DNA of 62,806 nucleotides from Perkinsus olseni (Eukaryota): NCBI GenBank assembly GCA_013115125.1, contig JABANN010000141.1, positions 1 to 62,806 of the forward strand, read 5' to 3'. Shown piece by piece: positions 52,945 to 62,806 of this stretch (position 1 is its first letter; each line of letters starts with the position of its first letter). The notes under the pieces were generated by a model. It saw only the letters and a program-made list of their open reading frames with translations, ran no database searches and was not told where the DNA came from. The position numbers and the translations under genes were made by a program.

Positions 52945-53841
52945 CGATTTATGATTGGTACTCTCTTCGGACCTCGACGACCAAGTCTGTCGTAATACCA
53001 TCAATATTACCGAGTAATCTCGCAAATCCCAAGGTAGATGCCGCGGCATCGGGGACCTTGCATAACCCCAGGATGAGTGGTCGTGATGGGCCAGGCGAGA
53101 GTGAATGTATAAGTGTCTACCCTTGCTCAACAAACCCAACACGGTTTTTAAGGTGTTACTCGCGTGGCTGACAGCGTAGAAGAGTAGAAGAGTCGTTGCA
53201 CGTACTGTATGTCCGATAAATACTCGAAGGAAGCATTGCTTGGTTGGAGTAGGATTAACAGACCCTTCCATCCACCCCCTCTTTAAATGTTCGAATGCTT
53301 AACATGTCAGTAACATGACTCAAGGGATGGGCGATTGTAGAGATGGACATGATGCCGGGGGGCCGGATCGCCAGGGTACCCTAGCTTGGCGTCCGTGAAT
53401 TCATAGTACCACCGCGAATGAGCGTTCGATCTTGGAAGTGTACTATACTGACAAACGCAGGTCTAGTGGGGTGTCAGAAACTTTGACGCACATCAGAAGA
53501 CATGGGCTGTAGCAGTCCGCAACAGTCATAATCAAGCCTCGTTAAATTGACGGATTGGAGATGTAAAAACCTGAAGATCCATGAGCACTCGATGTTCATA
53601 TCATCTCCCGGAGCGCTACGTCGGTTGTAGCCGGACCAACTGCGTATGCTTCTTGTGCTCGTTCTACCAGATATCTTCGTCTCTCTTCTACGCTCTGTAA
53701 CTCTGACCATTCGGATAACCACACGGGTATCACCTATGACATAGGTAGAGCAACAGCACAAGGAAGGTGTGGTTGAAATACCTTCCAACCGAGACTGTGG
53801 AGATGCCGTACTTTGGTCAGAGAATCACCAATCATAACTCG
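52945..53841 (+). ncRNA. Candidate large structured non-coding RNA (identity unknown)
   Basis: Nested long-range helices (11-bp 52949-52959/53827-53837; 12-bp 53173-53184/53683-53694) plus many local hairpins with G-U pairs on the + strand. No convincing ORF. Confidence 0.55.
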
Positions 53842-56800
53842 AGTATGGCCTGCCAATGGTAGAAGAGGGAAGGGGAGATCGAGGTGAGGGTTTTAGGGAG
53901 GATCACCGACCACGAAGGGAGCACGACAGGCGAACAATGAGTATGGCGATAAGAAGTACACATGACAAGAGACGTGGCACTGGAGTAACAGTAATGGATA
54001 CCCCATTGAAACATACCTAGCCGAACATTGGCAATATTATGATGATCATCGGCACTGGTTTGCTGATGATAATCAGCACCCTTGGTGATGGGAGTATACC
54101 ATCTTAGTTCATCTTCCTCTTTGATACAGACTATAGCAGCACCTGGCGATGACCAGTGGAGAGGAGGGAGGAGTATCGGTCTCGTGTACGTTTGCCTGCT
54201 TGTTCATAGTTGAGGGAAGCATCCAGCATGGTGGAAGGGTCATGGGATAATGATGATGATGTAGGGGATGTCATCATGTCTAGATGGTACACCTAACGAC
54301 GACCACGACGATAATGATTGTTGTTGGGTATGAGGCGAGGACCTCTCCGAGCTGATTGCCAAGAGTGAGGGGCCACCCAAGGGCAGTGACAGCTTCACTC
54401 AGCTGTAAAGATGTGTCAGAGTGCAAGAAGTTGGTACGATCTCTTTCTTGTGATGCATACCTACACCACAGCAATGATAATCATTATGACGGAGTTGCAG
54501 TACTGACCAGACGAATGATGTATTATCGGCAAAGAACGCTTTAACATCGGCATTCTGAGTAAGATACTTCCGCACGGCCGGAGGGCCCTCAACAGCTGCA
54601 CACAGATGTATCTGAATGACGGGTAGACGATGGGGCAGCAGGTGATGTACTTACCTGGAATGCTCGTATCCAGTCATTCGTTGTCATGTCATTAATGCTG
54701 TTATAAGTCGTACTGCTGCTGCTGGTAGTGGTGGAAGTAATGTTGATGAGCTCCTCAACAGCCGTGATGAATTTAGGTGGGAAATGCCTTTGGCGGCTGA
54801 GCACGTTGAGGAGATCCACCAACAACCTGACAATATCAGTGGCTACTACTGCACACAGCCGACCCTCGAACCTCGGATGGGATGACTCTACTGCTGCTGC
54901 TGCTGCTGCGGTATTGGCATCATCATGACCGTTGGGAGTATTCGTTGTCCTCGTTGGTAAGGCTCTCTCTACTAGCTGTACCAGCTCTTGTGAGTAGAAG
55001 CCCAGATCAGTTAGTGGTAGAGCAAACGCTGCTATATATTGTCGGTATTGTAATGGCATTGGCGGTTGCATGGTATCATCAGTATCACGGTCGATGAAGA
55101 GCTCCTTTTGTATATACCAAGAATACCATACCGTTAAACGTTTGAGGAAGGTAGCATGATGTAGACGTAGTCCTCGGAAGGCTCTAACCTAATGCCCACA
55201 TACACTTCTACTGCTGCTGTGTATTACGATGATCATTACTAAATGTATGATATCAGTTGGAGATTGTACAGTAAGAGACACTGCTGAGCATTGCCTCATC
55301 AATGCTGTTACACATGTGGTGTTGTACCTTTACAAGGACAAGTAGCCCGATTAATGATGATGAGTGTCTGTATACCAGTCCAATATCGCCATACTCCGCA
55401 GTACTGCTGTTAATTGTGGTAGAGCATCTAAATCTTGGACTACTCTATTCAGAGCTGATATGAGAGTAGGGCCAAGAATAGTGAAGGGCGAGTATCTGTT
55501 AGGAGAAGGAGTCATACCACAACAAGAGTAACAGTAGTACATCCTGTTGTCATGGTCCTTTGGTATAAGTGGTGATAGTGATGATCTATTGTCAGCCAAT
55601 AACTTGATTAGTGTTACCAATGCAGGAGCATCACAGTATTCTATTACCGGTATCAATGCCTGATGATGGCAATTTGTGGTATGCTAGTGGTAGTAGAAGG
55701 CTTACTCGCATGGTCTTGGTTAAAACTGATTTATTTATTATTATATCAGGACCACTGGTTAGTATCGATGATAATATATTCAACACATGACGATAGTCTC
55801 GCGGCAGTATACCTTACAAGATGACAGCGTCTCGTCCACACTCTTGTCAATGCTATTACTGCTGCTATCGTTGAATACTATCGAGGATAATTGTTCTACG
55901 GTATTATCATATACACCGCTAGTGGTCGTAGTAGTAGCAGCTGACGATGATGACGATGCAGTAATGGCTGCTGCCAAGAGGTTCATCTCTAAGAATTGAT
56001 AACGATTGGTTTTGGCTGCTTAGTTGATGGTTGTTATTACTCTGGGGTAGAGGAGCATTCATTATGATACTACGTGATGATACTATCATATCCGATAGTA
56101 ACCTGTGGGGGTCGAAGGAATCACCGAAGACAGGTTTAGCCCGCAACGCTCCTGAACGGTCATGACGATAACAATGATAGTATTCCCATGACGGTATCTA
56201 CTTGCTAGTATCATAGTAGCCCTGACAGGACTTCCTTCAACCAACGCTGTTGATGATCCCTGATCGTTATGATTCTCTTTTATGAATTCTCTTAGTAATT
56301 GTGCGATATATAGCTCTGGTTTATCCGATGGTGGATGAGGTTGAGGATAAGCTAGACCATTCTCGTAAAGAGTACCTGGCAGTACCGATGATTATGACAA
56401 CAGCATGTTGATGATGATGATATAATACAGAGGAATTGAACGGCTCCCTTGAGTGATAGATCTGCTGATATCGCTCTCCTCAACTGCTCATGTTGTTGTT
56501 GTTCATGCATGTTACTGCCATCATCAGGACGTATCGAGAATGATTCCTGTAACGCCTCCCTCAGGGCATTACGTTCACTGGACGTCAACGGATCGGTACC
56601 TTACAATAGTATAACCATCACTACCACCACCACTATCGTCATCATCACTACCATCAGCTGAATAACCCAGGGTTGATAATACTTCGACCAGTGATGATAA
56701 TGACAACTCCTTGCCTCTTGAACCTGACAATAGTCTGAATACCCTAGGCCATACTGTATAGTTCTCACGTATAGTGTGTAGCATGGCTGGCATGAGCTCT

Positions 56801-58642
56801 GGTATAGGTGTTATCGTCATAACGCTAGTGGTGGTTGGTAGGGTATTGATGATACCATTCCTGTCATTTACTATCGATGTTAAATAAATCGTCAATACTG
56901 ATGCTAGATGATGATGGGGTAGAGCACTGAGGTTGGCGAGTACCTGTCGGTATCCTCATCGGTACCACACCCTCCTCATCACGTTACCTTATGTTGCATA
57001 CTATCTAGTATCTTTGCTGCATATGGTATAAGTCGTTTATCAATACCCTTCTCGGGTGTAACCATCCTGCTATACACCGCTGACAACGTCTCTATCAACA
57101 GGCCAATATCATGTAGAGTAAGTCTGATAATACGACGATTAATAATGATAGTTATCGAGGTGGTGGGGGTAGTACTCTCTTATCCTGGGCGTAAGCTCTG
57201 CTACTGTTCCCTCTAGTAACCGGTGTATACCGGGATGGTCCAATCCTGTCGGCCGTAGTAGTATCTGTAATATGATTATAATGACCACAACATTGGTAAC
57301 ATGCCATGATTATCCTCCTATTACCACGGATAATAATCGACACTGCTGCGATATAATCAACTTATACCCTGGATGATGACGGGTGTGAGTTGCATTATTG
57401 TCTCCTAGTTCATCATGGTGTGGTCTATTACTGTTACTAATTATTATATTTAGTATTGGTGGTAGGTCGGTTAAAGAGTACCCACTTTCCATGGCCTGAT
57501 AACTACATGATACCAAGCTGTTGTTGATGACTATGATAATGAGCCCTACCCATTCAATAGCCGCTACAGCGGACTCAGCTGTTATACCTCGATACTGCTG
57601 CTGCTGTTGTTGTTGGTTTTGATTATTATCATTCAGTGATACCGACAACTTCTTAACCATTACCTAGGAATAGAACTGAATTCGGCAACACCATCGTCAT
57701 GACTACTACATCATCCAGCCTAGCTAGCATATCTTTATTTTTCAGTATCCTTACACTCCTCCTCAAGTTCAATATATTGGATATGCTCACCTACAATGAT
57801 AACCATCTCCAATTACTACCATCATCATCATCGTACTCACCTCCCTACTATCATTAGCATCAATTAACCTGCATATCAGCCGTTGTACCAAGGTATTATT
57901 ATCTTTACTCAAGTGCTTGCTAACGAGAGTTTTACTTTGTACATGAGCGAGCGTGTGCAGGATACTCTCCACTTCCGAGATGACAGTATCCATTGACCTG
58001 ACTACCGCCGTAATAGTTATCGTGATCAACATGAGCATCACTACCTATCCCTAGTGTATGGGTTAATGAAGGGATATATTATACGTAATAACTGTATATG
58101 TGCCTCTTGTGGAGCATCACTAGTGGGTAGGTAGGACAGGGCCTTCATACATGCTATGGCATCTTCTGAACTCATACTCCACCCATGTGATGATGATATC
58201 TGAGATGATGGTGTTGTTGATACTAATGGTGATACGCTGGTACTACCTGTAATAGTATATCAGTAAGTTTTGCCTTTGTGTAAGGTAATGTTAATAATGC
58301 ATTAGTATGGGGTAGGGAGTTAAGACTGGTTATCGAAGCAATAACACGTGATAAGCATATCATACTACTTACAGCAGACCTGAAGGGACGATACACAAGA
58401 TGACGCGATGGACATAATGAGTATTACGATGATGATGATGATGATGCTGCTGTTGGTCGGGGTGTAGTGTATCGTAGTAATGACTCCTTGACATCACTAT
58501 TAGCCTGTATTCGCCATAGTATTATCGAGGTTGATCTACTCCTTGCTGTAGTATACATCATAGGCTGCTGGTATCGAACATGATGTGATGATGTTGATTT
58601 CAGTAACAACAACAACATTGCTATGACAGCTATTAATAACAT
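53832..58642 (-). CDS. Large multi-exon helical-repeat protein, possibly organelle-targeted RAP/HPR-like; ends approximate
   Basis: Chain of - strand Leu-rich helical exons (LSLSSLVEVLSTLG, LTAVLRSMAILDW, DIVRLLVDLLNVLSR) and a Ser/Arg-rich N-terminus. Family assignment is weak. Confidence 0.5.
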
Positions 58643-59599
58643 GATTATTAGTGCTCTACTGTCAACTCAATCGTATTAATGATAACAACAAGGATGCGCA
58701 ATGTGGCATCGTTCGGTGTGTGGTGTACCTCATGAGCGAACAGACAAGTGGCACATGTCTAATATGTTAACACCAAGTTATGCAAGAATGACAGTATCAC
58801 TACCAAGTTGGCAATACACGGGCGAGAGTGACAAATACCCCTGCCTAGTTTCAGACTGCATCGATAGAAACTCAAACAGCTCAGAGATCAATTCAATTCA
58901 AACTTTATTGCCTGGGCGTTACAAGCTCAAAGCTTATCTCCCATCACACGGCCCGCGCAAGCGGATCCCGATATGGTTAGACCCAACCATAGAGCCTTAA
59001 AACAACAGAGGCGAATCAATCTTTCATCATCAGCTCGGAGGTTCTTGAGAGGGGCTTCGTCACAACTACGTCGTGCAGCCAGGCAAGGCGAGGAGGGAAG
59101 CATGCCACACTGGGCAGCCTACTAGGCATGAGGGAGAAAGAGGGTGAAAAGAAGATTAAGTAGGCCCAGGACCAACAACTGCGATTGCGGAAACCCAGAT
59201 GATTAGATGGTGAAAATTTGTGTGCAAGGGAGGGCCCAACCAATACCGAGTCACCAGCAAGGGGGACGTATGGGTATGGCAGGTTCGATCTCTACTTCGT
59301 ACCGGGAAACCCCGGCCACCCTCACGCGACGTTGACGCGTAGAGACCTGTGAGGGGCTCAGAAATCATTGATAAGCCACACTTATTCACACACAGAACTT
59401 CGTAGAAACTGCGCATCAGTAATGCGCACCATTCTCGCGCGCGCCATCGTGATCGATTATCATCGCAGTGCGGGGAGACATACAGTATCTCAACGGAAGA
59501 GGATGATTCCTGAGCACAAGGATAAGTTTGTAGCTCCTCGGCTATTGGCATTACGGAGTAGTGAGGTTAGACATAATAAGAAAGGTAATGATAATAACT

Positions 59600-61975
59600 A
59601 CTAGTAATTATACCACAACTACAGCAGGGCCTACGAGAAAGAGAGTGATACATCATACTACCCCACCTCCTCCTACCACCACCACCACCACCACCACCAC
59701 CGCCTGGATAGAGTACACACCGAATGCTGTAACGGCGGAGGATTCGATACCAGTGTAATAGCAGCTGATATGCTAGTGTTGATGTAGCTATCAGGTATAC
59801 TAACAGGGATACTGGGAGTCAACAACAGCCGGTGATGAGCAATCAGAGTTGGAAGTACTACTGCGAGTAGCATTCAAGGTGGTATCATCATGGTCATCAG
59901 GCCAACGCATGGTAGTGGGATAAGGGCTATAGCAGCAGCAAAGGTTATACAAGGCCAATGGAGGAGGTATTCACTTGATAGTAGCAATGATGATAATAGT
60001 AGGACGGGGATGCAGAAGGGTACTCCTACTACTACTAGAGGGTAATATATCACAAGTATATGTTCATAACAATACTAGCGGTATAGGGATGGTAATGCTG
60101 CAACAACAACAGTGATACAACAATGGTTGCGGAGGTTAATAATGGAAGTAGCTGCACGTCATCAGACTAATACCACCAATAATGTAATATTCAGATTGAT
60201 AAAGTTGGTATTACTATACATGATGTAGATACTACCTAGTGTGTCGTCTGATGATAGTAGTGTGAATGATAGGCCGCAGGGTGGTGATACTCAGGGTGTC
60301 TATGGGTAGCAGTACTAGCAGGAGAAGTCTAGTGTTGCTTATAGTATTTGGTATCAGACTACCGTCATCGAGTCAGAAGGATGAGAAGATCGATAATACT
60401 ATAGCTACCTCTGTAATGGCCAAAGGTTTAGCGTCAACCAGGCCTGGTGCGAGTAATGGGAAGAGTGGTAACTCGTACAAGATGTCACGTATGAACGGGA
60501 ATAGGGATAAACGGCCAACATTGAGTGATACACAGAAGAGGGTAATGACAGAGAGCATGGTAGTAGGAGTAGTGGTCGTGGCAGGCTGTAGTCGATAGAT
60601 TAAAGAGAGTATTAGATGATAAGCAGGGAAGGGACAATGAGGACAGTCCAGGAGTGGAGGTAGTATAATAGTAATACTATTCTAACACTACTACGAACGG
60701 TGAGGTACTCGATCGTCCTGTCCCTTATGTGGCATCAGAGAAGGGTAACGGGAGGTTAGTGAAGATGGGGGAAGGGAAGGGTAGAAGGAGGATAGGCAAA
60801 GAGGAGGGGAAGGACGATAACAGGCCACGGCCTACCTTATGTAAAGAGAATAGAAGGCAAGCTGGGGTGGTGGGTACAGCAGTTGATGGTGATGATGATG
60901 CTAGATCACCTACAGTAGATGGCAGCAGGATGGAGAAGGAGGTGATCTCATGGGTAGTGGTAATGCCCAGTACAACGTCATCATTCAGGTATCATTAAGG
61001 ATCCCCCAGCGAACCATTCGTAAGGGGATAAGTAGAGAGGAAGTAATGAGAATAGTGTGGGATGAGTTGCAGAGGGTAGTGGAGAAGAGGGGGAAAGTGT
61101 CCCTTACGAGGGTTACTCAAGGTAGTAGTAGCAATGATGAGGCACACTGATGAGTATAACTATGCTATTGTTGTAGTATCATCATACGGTCCCACATCCA
61201 CCTCTGATGGTAGTGTAATAATATCATTCCTAGTTAGAGGACACAGTATCGAGGATGCCATACACGAGTTGGAAGCACAGGTAATGATGATGGTCGTGGT
61301 GGTGGTCGTGGTACCAGTAGGAGTGTGGTATTGAGAGCAGGTTAAAGATCCTACTAGTTCACTCAGGACCGGACCGATAGAATCAATATTATGGGATAAG
61401 GGAGAAAGATGGTATGATTACTACTCATAGTCGTCATCATCATCACAACGACTGCTCGTATCAGTCGGTTATACCAAGTGTGTCGAGGGAATAGTAAGAG
61501 GAATGCTCGAGTAGTGAGGAAGGCAGCAGCAGAAGCAGCTCGGCAACAGTGCGATGATGACATGCATGACAGTGGTGATGGCGTTAGTGGGAGGCTGGAT
61601 GGACGGCATCATCATCATCGTCATCGTCAGCCTAGCGTCTACAGTACATTGAGGATTGACACAGGTAATATACTCCATAACGATGGACAACAGTGTTATT
61701 AATGTTATCAGATAAACAACACTTCATACTGTGTAGTACTGGTACTGCTACTAGAGTGTTGTTACCAGAAGACACTCCCGATAGGAAAGACGATAGGAAA
61801 GTAGTGATGTCTAGATGCCTACAACAGACGTATTGATGGAACATGTTACCAGTATGATAATAGATGTTATTACTACTACCACCACTAGCAGCAGGATGCT
61901 CCTTGAGTTCATCATAGCAATGGTAGAGGACTGGCTTGACATAGTTGTAGTTGTACTAGTCACATGATTCATAAC

Positions 61976-62020
<45 letters not shown>

Positions 62021-62650
62021 GTAGAAGGTGTTACTACCCTACAGGTAGGGCCTCTCTGTAGACCATGCTCCCACCTTACCACAGATGCCTAACTCGCATA
62101 CAACAGCACTATCACCACCAAGGCCTCCATCCTATACAGTGGTAGTAGTAGTAGTGGTGGTAGTATGGCCTCACCTTAGCTTATGATAATAGGTGGATGG
62201 TGTATTACGCATACCGGGGTGTGGTATAAAGAGGGGCATATCGATGAGTAAAGCAATGAGTACAGCCCGTTTGCACTTAGAGACAGCTATGCCTGGTGTG
62301 ATGGTCCATGTCAAACATATTCAACCTAATGGTAATGATTATACCAATGCTACTACTCCTGATGATGATGGTAGTAGTTGTTGTTGTGTAAGGCACTGGT
62401 GAAGTACTCATAACATTCTCCTGCATGGGGCCTCATGCAGTGGCGGGTTTGGATAGTCTGAAGGCAATAATGACGTGCTTGTTAGAATGCTCATAGTATA
62501 TACTATCAGGTATCAGAGAACAGTACCACTCCAGAGCCGTTAAAGGCCATAGTCACGACCAGGAGCATGCGCAGGTATTATCACCTCCCCTCTCACCGAT
62601 TATGGGGTTCTTCTTGTTTATGATGATGATTACTCAGAGTAAAGCTGAAA
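59600..62650 (+). CDS. Probable multi-exon hypothetical protein; structure unresolved
   Basis: Short + strand ORFs flanked by GT/AG (e.g. YNVIIQVSLRIP...TQG|..DGSVIISFLVRGHSIEDAIHELEAQ) in microsatellite-rich sequence. Confidence 0.35.
61976..62020 (+). repeat. (CAT)15 microsatellite
   Basis: Read directly from the sequence. Confidence 0.95.
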
Positions 62651-62735
62651 GAATTAGGGTTTAATAATGCAGCTATAATAAAGGATTGTATACTACGACA
62701 TAAACTCAATAAAATAAGAAGGTTGGGTGTAATAC

Positions 62736-62736
62736 C

Positions 62737-62806
<70 letters not shown>
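62736..62806 (+). repeat. (CAA)n microsatellite running to the window end (possible contig end)
   Basis: Read directly from the sequence; 71 nt. Confidence 0.95.

Noticed and set aside
53887-53898. AGGGTTTTAGGG (1.5 copies of TTTTAGGG), which would be a telomerase-type template on the - strand
   Set aside because: It lies outside the closing helix, within the probable last exon/3' UTR of the - strand gene, and G-U pairing favours the + strand for the structured RNA. Worth revisiting only if telomeres prove to be TTTTAGGG.
54648-54658. TACTTACCTGG resembling the U1 snRNA 5' end
   Set aside because: It is the reverse complement of a consensus splice donor (CAG|GTAAGTA) of the - strand gene, and no U1 body follows.
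59085-59100. CCTCCTCGC on the - strand resembling the HDV ribozyme L3
   Set aside because: P3 and P1 complements are absent.
62736-62806. Terminal (CAA)n as a telomere
   Set aside because: A 3-nt microsatellite without G-runs; similar repeats occur internally.

Overview
Gene-dense eukaryotic nuclear DNA with very short (mostly ~40-50 nt) GT-AG introns and trinucleotide-rich introns and linkers. The style is most consistent with a perkinsid alveolate (Perkinsus-like); this is inference only. The left end holds the 3' part of a frameshifted LTR retrotransposon (RT/RNase H/integrase, PPT, apparent 63-bp LTR), then a secreted-type gene flanked by ~430-bp direct repeats. Spliced genes follow: a giant type-I membrane protein ending in a RING-H2 finger, a 'CTFKP'-motif protein, CCT-alpha, centrin, a WDR54-like protein, a single-pass membrane protein, SGT1, sideroflexin, a tandem truncated-globin protein, an MFS transporter, a ~15-kb giant (probably GPI-anchored) surface protein and a helical-repeat/RAP-like protein. 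Both tRNA genes in the window (Ser-CGA, Trp-CCA) sit inside enlarged introns of protein genes. The most striking unexplained signal is a ~900-nt intergenic segment (52945-53841) with nested long-range helices, suggesting a large unannotated structured RNA. Smaller structured segments occur at ~26.0-26.4, ~34.6-34.8 and ~58.9-59.4 kb. Multi-exon gene boundaries were inferred by eye and are approximate unless stated.
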